The translations under genes and the position numbers were made by a program. Below the pieces are notes generated by a model. That model had not been told where the DNA came from. It did not search any database and saw nothing but the letters and a program-made list of their open reading frames with translations. Below, piece after piece: positions 1-15,400 of a DNA stretch of 64,000 nucleotides. Positions within the stretch are counted from its first letter, which is position 1. Every line of letters starts with the position of its first letter. This DNA comes from Sphagnum compactum (taxonomy: Eukaryota), in NCBI GenBank assembly GCA_965153455.1, contig OZ234494.1, positions 496,001 to 560,000 of the forward strand, in the 5' to 3' direction.

Positions 1-1010
1 CCAAAGTAATCATTCATATCAATGGTGCTCAAAATTATCATCCAAAGTAATCTTTCATATATCAATGGTGCTCAAAATTATCATCCAAAGTAATCATTCA
101 TATCAATGGTGCTCAAAATTCTCATCCAAAGTAATCATTCATATCAATGGTGCTCAACATTATCATCCAAAGTTATCACTCATATCAACAGTGCTTGAAA
201 ATGATCATCCAAAGTTATCATTCATAACAACGGTGCTTGAAAATGATCATCCAAAGTTATCATTCATAACAACGGTGCTTGAAAATGATCATCCAAAGAT
301 ATCATTCATATCAACAGTGCTTGAAAATGATCATCCAAAGTTATCATTCATATCAACGGTGCTTGAAAATGATCATCCAAAGATATCATTCATATCAACA
401 GTGCATCGAAAATGATCATCCAAAGTTATCATTCATATCAACGGTGCTTGAAAGTGATCACCAAAGATATCATTCATATCAACAGTGCATTGAAAATGAT
501 CATCCAAAGTTAGCATTCATATCAACGGTGCTCGAAAATGATCATCCAAAGTTATCATTCATATCAATGGGGCTAAAACTTTATCATCCAAAGTAATCAT
601 TCCTATCAATCATGCTAAAAGTTTATCATCCATATCAATGGCGCTCGAAAATTATCATCCAAAGTTACCATTCATATCAACAACACTAAAAAATGATCAT
701 CCAAAGTTATCATTCATATCAATGGTGCTTGAAAATGATCATCCAAAATGATCATTCACATCAACAGCGCTTGGAAACTCTCATCCAAAGTTATCATTCA
801 TATCAATAGTGCTAAAAATTTATCATCCAAAGTTATCATTCATATCCATGGTGCTGGAAGATTATCATCTATAGCCATGGTGGTCAAAATCATCATCCAC
901 ATCAAATGGTGCTCAGAAATTTATCATCTTCATCAATAAATTTATCATCCACATCAATGGTGCACAGAAAAGTGTATCATCCAAATTTATCATCCACAGC
1001 AATGGTGCTC
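1..1010. repeat. 42-bp tandem minisatellite, >20 copies, degenerating towards the 3' end
   Basis: The unit AAAATGATCATCCAAAGTTATCATTCATATCAACGGTGCTTG recurs from the window start. Overlapping ORFs show the matching 14-aa period (LENDHPKLSFISTV). Confidence 0.95.
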
Positions 1011-1179
1011 AAGCTGCGTATCAAGAGAGCTCTCTCTGCTGCGTAGAGCCCTGGAGCTTAAGCTCGCAAGAGAAGAGTCCGGCTGACGCTTCTTCCCTTG
1101 TGATGATTCTCTGAGTGCCTGAGCATCGGATTCCTTTCCTTCCTTCCGTCGCCTCCGCCGGACGGTCCGAGTGTGAAAA

Positions 1180-4564
<3,385 letters not shown>

Positions 4565-5009
4565 ATTTGTCTTGTGATTGTAGTTTATTTCTGAAGGATG
4601 AAAGACATGAAGAAACAGAAGCTGATAAGGTAGTACAAAATGATGAGGACAATCATTGTTAGTTAAAGAAGCACACAACAGCAATCCTGGATGTTCAAAA
4701 CCAAAATGACATGGACTATATTTGCTGAAATGTTATTCTCAGGTGGGTCCAAAACTGAATCCAAGCTAAGTTTCAAAACCAGAACTGGAACCAGAATTAT
4801 TAAACTAATCTGTGTGCAACTGGGCCTGGAACTGAAATTGAATAGCCTGATTATCCCTGAAATAGCATTAGTCAGCTTTAGAACAACCTTAAGCAGCCCT
4901 GAAAATAATCTTGGTCTTAATTAATCTTAATTATACCTGAATTGCTTTTTTAATGTGAAGTTTAGTCATGTCCTGTAAACCTTACCGAAACCAACCAAAT
5001 TGATCAAGC

Positions 5010-5287
5010 GCATATACATGTGAAGACAAAACATATCTCTATATGCTTCTGCATTTTCTGGATGCATTGGATTCACAAAGAAGAGTCTCAACCAGGTCAA
5101 GAGCATGTAGATGTGATGACAAAACAGATATATCTATATGCTTCCACATTTTCTGCATTGGATTCACAGTGAAGAGGCTCGACCAGATCAAGTGCATGTA
5201 GATGTGAAGACAAACATATAACTATGTATGCTTTTGCATTTTCTGCATTGGATTCACAGAGAAGATGCTCAACCAGATCAAGTGCAC
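5010..5287. repeat. ~90-bp tandem repeat, 3 copies
   Basis: ATGTGAAGACAAAACA..TATGCTT..CATTTTCTGCATTGGATTCACA..ACCAGATCAAGTGCA occurs three times. Confidence 0.85.
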
Positions 5288-7618
5288 CTGCTATGTACAG
5301 ACCAATCATATTCATCAGGTTTTGTTCAGGAGCAGACAGAGGCTTTCGTTTGCCTCAAGTGGAGTTTGTTGCAAGAAAGTGAGCCACTGTGTTTGGACAA
5401 CTGAGACATTCAGCATTGATGGGGTTACACTAGATCAAATGGTGTAGACCTGTACATGTGTTTTGGGGTTTGATTCTCCTTCTCTCCTACATTGGCTAAT
5501 GATGATGATGATGATGATGAAGACATGTGTTGTTGACAAAAGTGAGCTGTGGATGGGCATTCATTGTTGAAGTCAGCATTTGGAAATCAGTCAGTAATCT
5601 CAGTGCTTTGCTTGCCTGGTAAAAATGCTGCTGAAGCCTACTGTGCGAGTATTGACATTGGATGCTGAAATCATATCAGTTTTTGCAGTGCAGGATGACT
5701 GTCCTTAGGAGGAAAGAGTTTGTCTGAAAAAGCAGGACAATGTCACTGATGAATGCACATCAGAGATTTGTTGCACTGCCACAATTTGTTGTATTTTTGC
5801 TTCATTTCAAAACTGGATTTTCGTGATTTGTATAGTTTCCTTCTGTTGGATTGAGCAGTTCAGAGGCAACAAGGTGTTCAAGAGTTGATACAAAATTGGG
5901 GAGTATGTGTGAAAACACCAAACATACACACCCACAAGACCTGGTGAAGATTTGTGGGAGTGATGAACACACCACCCCCCATCATCAGTGTTAAGAAGTG
6001 AACAAGAAACATATGAGGAAAGAGATGATGACTAATATACAGTCAAATCAGTGCACACAGATTATATCTTAGGGAGGAAATTAGTTTGATACCCATTTTG
6101 TGAAGGGATTACACTGAGTTCAAGAGTACAGCATACAGTTTGCAAGACAAACACAAATCTTGAGTATGCTCGAAAGTGTGTGGGTGGTTCTGTCAGCAGT
6201 TCTTGAAACTTGGGAATCATCCAGCACCATTAATAAAGCTCTTCCTTGAAAAGCACCTGCAGATGAATGCATACACTGGGTGCTTGCAACTAAACTTTTA
6301 CTCTATACTTGTGCTTCACTGCTGCTGCAGATTATGGTGCGGTGAAATCATTCAAAGCTCGAAGGGGAGGTTTTGGTATGTGAAGAGCACCACCACTAAG
6401 GGTCCTGTAGTACCTGCCAAAACAAGGAGAGTAAAAAATCATCATCATCATCATCATCATCATGCTGATGATCTTAGTTTTGAGCTTCAAAGTTCAAATA
6501 CTGTATTCTACAGGTCACACTCCTAGTAACAGCAATTGGGATGTCATGTGGAATTTGCAGATGGCAGAAATTTCTTCTTCTTCAAGTTTACTACTTTCAA
6601 GGAAGAACAACAAAAGCTGTGGAGTGGAGTGGAGGAGCACAACTCCAGACCAAATCATTCAACAAAAATGTTATGTTCGGAAAAAACAAGGACAAATTGA
6701 TTAATTGTCTTCTTCGAGACTGTGACTATTATGACAAGTCTTATCTTGAGAATCAAATGGCAGGTTCAATACCTTACCATGAACATTGTCCACTGTGTGT
6801 GAATTTTTCCTCTCCAACTTGGGGGTTCGTCTTTAAACCTTGGCCACATGAGAAGAAGAAGAGTTCGTCAAAAGCTGCAGATTGATGGATGGATGGATGG
6901 ATCGACTCGCAGTCTATCAGTTGCAAGACATATATGCAATTCAAGCTTGGTAACTGAAGCTTTGGTTGAGGCCAGACTTGCCATCTGCTGCTGCTGCTAG
7001 ATCTCTTTCTCATGATCTGTTTGTTCCTCTCATCAGGATCATAATTCTGCAACACTAGATTTGGACATGTGGGCCTGTGGGAGCAGTTGTTGTGTTGTGA
7101 AGAGGACCAAGTCTGGCTCTGAAGCTGTTCACTGGCTGCAAAAGTGCTGTAGCAGCAGCAGCAGCAGCAGCAGGAGGCTGGAGCATCATGGGCGAATTCG
7201 AAGCAGTTTGCTTTATCCTTGGCTGCACATTCTGTGACTGTTTATGGCGCTCTAAGAATGGCTGACACAGCAAATCACAGCCAGAATGCAGCAGATCAAT
7301 CATCAGAATTTAGGACATCTTCCCAACAGGCTGCTGTGATCACAGCAGCCTTCCATGATGTTTTTCCAACTAGCTGTGCTCACACTCATCTCATAGCTCT
7401 ACTGGTCAAGCAAGCACTGACCAATTGCAAGAGCTATGAGGACTGTGAGTCAAACTGTGACTCACCATACAACAACACCTGTCCTTTTCTTTTCCATGAA
7501 GACATGTGTTCCCAGAGTTCTTAACATGATTAATTACATATTTCCCATGCACTTGGATTCTCCAATGAAAATTGGCTGTCTCTACAGCAAGAAACAAAGC
7601 TCTATGTCAGTGGCTTTC

Positions 7619-7711
7619 CATTAGGCTGCTGTGATCACAGTTACACATTGTGTGTAACTATGAAAAATGTGTATTCACACAATGTGTAACTGTGATCACA
7701 GCAGCCTAATG
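7619..7711. repeat. Perfect 36-bp inverted repeat with a 21-nt loop (hairpin or MITE-like)
   Basis: 7619-7654 CATTAGGCTGCTGTGATCACAGTTACACATTGTGTG is the exact reverse complement of 7676-7711. Confidence 0.92.
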
Positions 7712-7868
7712 AAAAGAGACCCTTACTAGGTACTCTACTGCAGGCCAGTCAAGATTAAGCCTGCATGGAGCTCAAGGTAAACTAACTAAATTGCTTGCAC
7801 TCGACAATGCACAAATCATGAAGCAAGCACACTTCAGTGAAGGATTAAGTAGACTAGTGGTGTGTACT

Positions 7869-10445
7869 TCAAGCATCGTCAAATTGTACCATGCAAGGAG
7901 ATAACATCAAGCGCTTGTAGAAGCTGCGACGTCTTCTGGCACTGTTGATCATCCTGAGAGACCAAGTTGTTGTTGCTGTTGCATCACCTGCAAAAGCTGG
8001 GCTAGTAGAATTTGGACGTCTTATAGCACTACTGTTTTTGTATTCTAGTCGAGGACCCGCAGGTTGCAAATCCACCCTGAATCTACCGGAGCTGCCGTAC
8101 TCCAGAATATACCCACTCAAAGTAGCTCGACTTGTGGAGCTGATTCCAAGACTACTACGGTCAAGTACCTCAGTCGACGAGCTTGTGGAGCTGATTCCAA
8201 TACTACTACGGTCCAGTAGCTGCTCTTCCACAAGGTAGCAACTCCTAGAAGAAACCCAATGTGGCGGCTGATCTAGAAACCCTAAAGCGTCTTCTCCTCC
8301 ACTCAGCGGAGAGAGTTCTAGAGAGGAGCAGGTGTCGTCGACGTTGTCGCAGCAGCAGCTGTCTGTGCTCGTTCTTGCTGCATCCGAGTCTTGTTCGTAT
8401 TCCTTAACGAGAGGGCGACCCCCTGCTGCTGCTGCAGCTGCAGCACACATCATATAAGCCGGCAGGCTGCCGCCGGCAACTCGTCGAGCTGCAATCCAGT
8501 AGTCTAGTGCTGTGTCTGTCGAAATCCGATGTTTATCAGCAGCCGCATCAAAGACGAATGAGGATGCGATGGGAGAGTCGAATGGGAAATCGTCCTCGTC
8601 TACTTGAGCTTGGTCCTCCTGTCTCTCGACATAACAGCTGGTGGGTTGATTTGTATCTGTCTCATCCGAGTCGCACTGAAACGAGCTCTCGATCTGCAAC
8701 CGCCCTGAGCTCGTCGATTCGGATCTCCTCCTCCAGGACCTCAATCTGGACCACCTAGAGCCAGATAGCTGATCCGAGCTTCTGTCCGATCTTCCTGAGA
8801 CGGAGAGCAAGAAATCCTTAGCCAATAGTCTTAAATTATTTCTTCCTCTGGCACTACGTCCATGAGTAGTTCCAGAATTTACATGATTTTGTTGCTTGTT
8901 GTTGCGCGGTTGCAGTACTGCTGCTATACAACCTGCGGGTTTTCTACTCTTGGAAGGTTTTTGCACTAACGAGAGATTCCAAGAGCTGCTGTTGGAAGTC
9001 CACTGCTCGTGTGCGCCCGGGCAAGGTTTAGGCTGATCCTCCTCCTCATCATGTGCTGCTTGAATACAAGCTTGCACCACCGGATCTTGCCTTGGATGAT
9101 TGTGGTACTCATGATTTTGCTCTTCAGGTTGGTGCCAAGCAACCTCGCTGGGTCCTCGACTGGGACCCTCCGCCGCGAGTACAATATCATCGTCGTCTGT
9201 ACTTCCGTAATCTGTCACGGCATTGATCGCTATCAGGTACTGCGCTAACTGAGACTTGGGTCTCTCGACCTCGCGTCCCAGAGATCCTTGCAGGCCAAGC
9301 CCATGAGGAGCACCACCATCTCCAGCGATCAGAGATTGTCCAGCTCTAGTTGTGAGCCCAACTCCAAAAGATCTCTCAGAAGAAGAGGGCGAAGAAACTG
9401 GGAAGCTATCTTGCAAGCTTTCGTGAGTGCTCAGGGGCCGCGAAGTGCTTATATAAGCGACCTCTTCCTCCTCCTCCTCATCAAGACTTTCTCTCGATCC
9501 AGCTTCTCGTCTCTTCTGTCCCCTCATCTGCGATAACCTAGATCTCCCCAGGAGCAGCTGCTTAAAGGTTTTGTCGTTTAGAGCTGGAGCATCCCCAGCG
9601 GAGCTAGCAGTACTAGCTGAAGTGGTCGTCAATGCAGCTTCTTCCATGATCCCAAACTCTTGATCAGCATTCAACAGTCCACTATGGGCTGTAGTTCCAG
9701 GAGGAGTTTGCGGAGACAATATCCCATGACTCCAATAGCTGAGAATCCTGGAGGCAGAGCCGTCGCCAGGAGAAGCTGCTGACTGCAACAACATCGACCC
9801 ATTTATAACGCCAGCTGCAGCAGCGTTTCTAGCTCTTGCTTCTAGTGGTCCTCGAGAAAACACCGATGGATACAACACAGGCACTCCGCTGTGTGCTCTG
9901 CTTCGAGCTGCATTGGGACGTGGAGACTTCCCGTGAGCCGTGCTGCAACCAGGAGGCCGCTGATCAGCATGTGATCGAGCTGCTCCTGCAACACCCGCCT
10001 CACATTTTAAGTGAGCCATTGCAGCAACGTGATGAACCACTGCACCATGAGCTGCTGCAGTGCCGCTAGCTGCCCGCACACGTGGGAACTTCTCAGAGAG
10101 CATGGACGACATAGACGATTGACGGCTAAAGAACGTCAACTCCTGGTCGTCCACAATATGCACCCCCATTAGAATAGGTCTCAAATTGAGCTGCACCAGC
10201 CGCGGCTCGTGCAGCTGGGCCGCTGCTGCAGGCCGACCATCGCCCCTGGCGTCGGGAGGAGGAGGAGGAGGAGGAGGAGGAAATTCATCCACCACCTCCT
10301 CGTCAAATCCATGCTCGTGATCTTGTCTCACAATAGTATCACGCCCAACTACTGCATACATGACTCGACGATCCGCAGCACCTTCTTCGCCCATCGCAAA
10401 CCGCCGATCTCTTATACCAAAATTTATCCCTTCTCCCCGCTTCAT
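7869..10445 (-). CDS. Hypothetical single-exon protein, 858 aa, Ser/Ala/Arg-rich, probably disordered
   Basis: 2.6-kb uninterrupted ATG-to-stop ORF with raised GC relative to its flanks. No domain recognised. Confidence 0.7.
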   Translation of the reverse strand: MKRGEGINFGIRDRRFAMGEEGAADRRVMYAVVGRDTIVRQDHEHGFDEEVVDEFPPPPPPPPPDARGDGRPAAAAQLHEPRLVQLNLRPILMGVHIVDDQELTFFSRQSSMSSMLSEKFPRVRAASGTAAAHGAVVHHVAAMAHLKCEAGVAGAARSHADQRPPGCSTAHGKSPRPNAARSRAHSGVPVLYPSVFSRGPLEARARNAAAAGVINGSMLLQSAASPGDGSASRILSYWSHGILSPQTPPGTTAHSGLLNADQEFGIMEEAALTTTSASTASSAGDAPALNDKTFKQLLLGRSRLSQMRGQKRREAGSRESLDEEEEEEVAYISTSRPLSTHESLQDSFPVSSPSSSERSFGVGLTTRAGQSLIAGDGGAPHGLGLQGSLGREVERPKSQLAQYLIAINAVTDYGSTDDDDIVLAAEGPSRGPSEVAWHQPEEQNHEYHNHPRQDPVVQACIQAAHDEEEDQPKPCPGAHEQWTSNSSSWNLSLVQKPSKSRKPAGCIAAVLQPRNNKQQNHVNSGTTHGRSARGRNNLRLLAKDFLLSVSGRSDRSSDQLSGSRWSRLRSWRRRSESTSSGRLQIESSFQCDSDETDTNQPTSCYVERQEDQAQVDEDDFPFDSPIASSFVFDAAADKHRISTDTALDYWIAARRVAGGSLPAYMMCAAAAAAAGGRPLVKEYEQDSDAARTSTDSCCCDNVDDTCSSLELSPLSGGEDALGFLDQPPHWVSSRSCYLVEEQLLDRSSIGISSTSSSTEVLDRSSLGISSTSRATLSGYILEYGSSGRFRVDLQPAGPRLEYKNSSAIRRPNSTSPAFAGDATATTTWSLRMINSARRRRSFYKRLMLSPCMVQFDDA

Positions 10446-13400
10446 GTCGCGCTAAACCCAAAACCCCAAAAACAAGTCCAAATCCAAAAGAAAACTACCG
10501 AAACATCCGAGCAGCACTAGGATCAGGAGCTTCAGATCCCCACCATACTTGTCTCTTCAGACACTCGATCCTATTCTTCGCGGATCCAGTCCAAGTTATA
10601 AAAGTCTTCTCGATCCGGAACTGCTTCATGAGATCTGACTCCGAAGCAGCTGAAGAAGAGTCTGTCGATCAAGCGAGCTTGGGAGCTGCTGTGTGCGCCG
10701 AAAGGAAAGTGATCCCCGCCAGGAGAAACTTCATTTTATGCTACTATTATAAGTTAAGGACCTAGATTAGCAGCGCTTTTCTGGAAGCGATTCTTTTTTG
10801 CTTTGTTGTGCAAACAAAATTCATGCGAACGAAGGAAGACAGACTTGAATGTTCGGAAGAAATCGAAATTTGCGCGCGCGTGAGCGAGCGTGCGCGATCG
10901 CTTCGCTAGTTTTGTCAGGAATTGCGGGTTTTGTTGCGCGGCACTCGCGACAGGAAAGCCACCAGCAGCACCACCACAGACCGCCGTCCGTCCGTCTGTC
11001 CGTCGGTCGTCGAGTGATCGGACGTGATGAGGAGAGAACGAACGACATCCTACCGATGAAACCGAATTGGCCTCGGGAATTTTGTATGAAATTTGACATT
11101 AAAATAAATAAACCACTTTTTATTAGATGCATTTTTCCAATCATCTTGTATAATATCTTTTTCTTCCCCCTTTCCTTTTCCCCCCTTTTTAATGCATTTA
11201 AAAAATAACACAATGGATTTTTATTTTTTATTTTTTGTCTTTTGTGATTATTAGTAAACCATATTCTTTTAGATGCAAATTTCCAATCAATTTTTATGTA
11301 ATATCTATTATTATGTCAGACAACCAAATTTTGCTAAATCAATATTTTTAGCTCAGTATCCCACCTTTCCCAAATAATATTTTTAAAAAATGTTGGGGAA
11401 GTAGAAAAGCTTTGACCAATAAAAAAATAATATTTTTTCTTAGTTTTTTGCATTTTTGAGGCTAATAAATAGCCTAGATCATTTCATTCTTACTATGTTC
11501 CCAAAGTTTTTGACCAAAGAATGTCCTCACAAGATAGAGAGAAAAAAAACCAATCAAAACAACAACTAATGAATAATATTAAAGAACTAATAATATTAAT
11601 AATGTTAAATAACTAATGAATTATATTAATATTTAATTAAATATTATTCTTTAATTAAAGAATAATATTTACTATTATGCTTCATGTTTCCAATAGAAAG
11701 CTAGCTACTCATGTCAATGATGTTTTTTTTTACATATCTAAAGAATATCATGAATGATGGTTTTAGCAATTTTAATGCTTCCAAAATTAGTTTAGTTCCA
11801 ACTACTTAATTTTCCTTGAATTCGAGGATTAGGAATTCTTTTTGTTTTTTTTTTTTTTGGTTTTTTGGGTACAAAAATTTAATACTATAGGAATTAAAAA
11901 GTGGAAATAATGTGAAAACATGGATTCAAAAAGGTCTGAAAATAATAACAAGGTAATTGCACAACCTAAACCTTCAACTGAATTTCAAAAATAAATTTTG
12001 ATAGAAATATTTTAAAAATTATTGCTCGTAAGGACACTTTTAAAGACTCTTAGGACATCCTAAGAAAGTCCCTTCTTTGAACCTTGAATAAAAATTATCA
12101 AAGAAAATACTAGTTTAGCCATTGTTATAAGCCAAGTGTTTATTACTTACTTAAGAAAGGCTTTTACTCATTAGTTAGACTTTATTATATTTTATTATTT
12201 TAATATATTTTCTTCCAAGTATGGCCCGATTATTATTTCAGTAGTTGTTGATTTACAAACAATTTGACAAAACAAACATGTATGTCTATCCTACCTCTAA
12301 CATAAGTTTATTATTCATTCACGATTTTGTTGGAGTTGAATTTATAGTCATAGAAACACGTTTGGATAATTAAATCTAGGATTTAGTTTAGTAACATTTT
12401 AAAAAAAACTATTGATCAAACATTTTTGTTTGTCTTGAAGGTAGCATACTTTCTATAATCTAAAGTTATTGTACCTACAACTCATGTTTGGCATTAATTA
12501 AAGAGTTACCATTGATTTCCCAAATTTGATTTGATTATGTTCCATTTTTAATTTATTAAAACTTAGTTTTATTGAATTTTTTAATAGGATGCAAACTTGT
12601 AAGATGTTCAAGCAATGTGTTGAAAGCGGTCTTGATATGTAAGCAATGAATTAGCATCATCTGTGATGAAAGATGTAGCACTTGCTAGAATAGAAGCATC
12701 ACTGGCTAGAATAGGTGCGGCAAATGAACTTGTTAGTGCAAATGAATAAGTGCAATCAGATGTTGTATAATAAAGGAACACTAACGAGCAAATGTTCATA
12801 CAATGGAAAAGCAAGAGCAAAAGCTGCAAACACCGATGTCTTCAATTCTCCCACAAGTCAACACTAGCTTTTTACTTATGTTAATTCATTACCTTGCTCA
12901 CTTTCTCACATTGAGAGAGTGGGTGGGATATTGTTTTTGCCAATTTTCATTTAGCAATACTCCAAATGGTCAAATGTTCAATTCTATTAATAGTCACTAG
13001 TTGGTATGCAATACCTTCAATGTGTATGTAAAAACCTTATTAATAGTTATTATTGTGTATGCAATATCCTCATTTTCTATGTAACAACATTAATGATCAT
13101 ATATTGTTGTGTATGCAATACCTTCATTGCCTATGTAATAACCTTAAGAGTAGTCATTGGTGTGCATGTAAATACCTTCAGTTCCTTTGTAATATTTTTC
13201 ATCATAAATGTAATACCCTTGTATTTCATAATTTATCTAAACATCTTCATTTTTCTCCCCCCCCCCCCCCCCCCCCCCCCCTTTTTTTTTTGTTGGTTTA
13301 GGGGCAAATGTGTCGCATGGGGTTGCCAAGGAGGGCGTGACTTTGGAAAAAGATGAGCATAGGTTTATTTGCAAAGTGGAAACTTGCAATGCATTTTATT

Positions 13401-14559
13401 TGGCAGAATATTTGCTTCTAAATCATTTACACCAAAAGCATGGTCTTTCCACAATATCGGGGAAGCTTAAGTGCCCATCTATTTGGCAAGACGGGGTCGT
13501 GTTGCCAGATTGGTAAAAGTTGCATTTTCCAAGTTGTTCACTCTAATGGGCATTTTAGCATGGGGTGTGGGGTCCATCCACCCCTATGTAATTACCAAGT
13601 TAGAGAGGGATGAAAATCTTGCTGGTTTAATTCGAGCTAGCAAGGTCTCCTATGCAAAGGGCCTTAAAGATGTTTGGGATAATTAGAATTGGACGAGATC
13701 TTCATCCAAAAAGGAACACAAAAAGTAGATCACTCTACTTGTGAATATTATGAATTGGAGATTATTCATGATTAGTAAGTTCCATCACATTCAATTTTCA
13801 CTTCAAATTTGTATTGTGCTTCAAACATGTGTTTTCCAAATTATGCTCATTGGTTTGTGTGTATGTCCACTTTAGGATTTGAGGTACCACCCATATATAG
13901 CCGATGCACTGAAGATGTTTTGGCAAATCGATAATTATACATTCGACAATATGTTCAATTTGCACAAAATGCAATGGCACACTATCAAAATGCAAATGGA
14001 TTATCAACAAGATATATCAATGAAAGTTCTAATGAAAATGAAGGTGAAAGTGATTAAAGTATGGTCATAGATCATTTTTTGGGTTTTATCTTGACATTCG
14101 ATTTTTAGATTAATACACATTTTGTACCATGTGCATGGCCTCCATGAATTTTCCATGCCACATTTTTGTAAATTAATTTAGCTTCCGTGGATATAGCCCA
14201 TTGATATTGGATATGAATGTATGCAAAGATATCTACTTGTAAAAGTTTGAATTTTATTTGTACAAAAACAAGGTTACTAAGATCCATATGTAATATATAT
14301 GCATATTGCATTGAACAAAAAATTGATTGGATGTATTGCTAGTACATGAGGGTACTACAATTGTACTCCAAATGTTCATGCAAGTTCCATTAAAGTGTAA
14401 AGGCATGCTTTTGTGCAATAACCTCATTGTAAAAATAATCCCTTATTTCATGGTTAGAACTTTGAGATAATTTATATATGTATGATGAGGGTATTACAAT
14501 TGGATTAGATTTTTTTATCTTAGTCTTATGTGAGGCCACAATTAAAATATTGGTTAACA

Positions 14560-15400
14560 CCCATATTAGGGTATTGCATATAAGGTCAACATAAGTTATT
14601 TCCAATATGTCTATAGGGTATTGCATTGTTGAATTGAATAAGATGAAATAATTTCAAGTGGGCCTAAGGGCCTTGCAAAACACCAAAATGATCCAAAGGA
14701 TTTGCATTACCTAGATGAGGGTAATGCACATGTGAATATGGTTGGATATGAGATTTGTATGTTGTCCTTGGGGTATTGCATTGTTGTATTAGATGAAATG
14801 AACTAGATTACACTGGGTATGAGGGTATTGCATATCAACACAATAATCCAATGCATTTGTGATTGATGAAGGTAATGCATATGTGGATCGGGTTGGATAT
14901 GATATTGTCAATGTGTCTATAGGGTATTACACTAATAAAGTAGATGAAATAAAATAGTTACACCTAGGCCTAAGGGTATTGCAAAATAATAAGTTATTTC
15001 CAAAAATATGTTTTTAGGGAATTACATTATTCAATCAAATGAGATGAAATATAATTAAGGCATGAAGGTATTGCATAAGACCAAAATAATCAAATAAATT
15101 TGCATTGATTTTGATGAAAATAATGCATGTGTGAATTGGGGTGGATAAGTTATTTCTAGTAATTTCTTAAGGTATTGCATTTTTGAATCAAATGAGGTGA
15201 AATATATTATCTTGGGCATGAAGATATTGCATAACAATAAAATAATCCGGTGCATTTACATTACCTTAATGAGGGTAATGCATGTGTGAATTGAATCCTT
15301 GGGATATTGCATTGTTGAATTAAATGAGATGAAAGTAATTTACTACGATTGAAGATATTGCATTACAATAAATTTGTTGTGCTCAAGCATTAGTCTGATG
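14560..15400. repeat. Degenerate ~155-bp tandem repeats built on a GGGTATTGCA motif
   Basis: GGGTATTGCA / GAGGGTAATGCA / GATGAAAT blocks recur, with units starting at about 14617, 14772 and 14924. Confidence 0.65.

Noticed and set aside
65-939. ORFs with LENDHPK repeats
   Set aside because: By-products of a 42-bp (multiple of 3) minisatellite, open in several frames.
5500-7300. Possible spliced minus-strand gene between YY1 and the orphan ORF
   Set aside because: There are exon-like segments with plausible splice sites (e.g. ~6778-6876), but I could not build a consistent open frame or recognise a domain.
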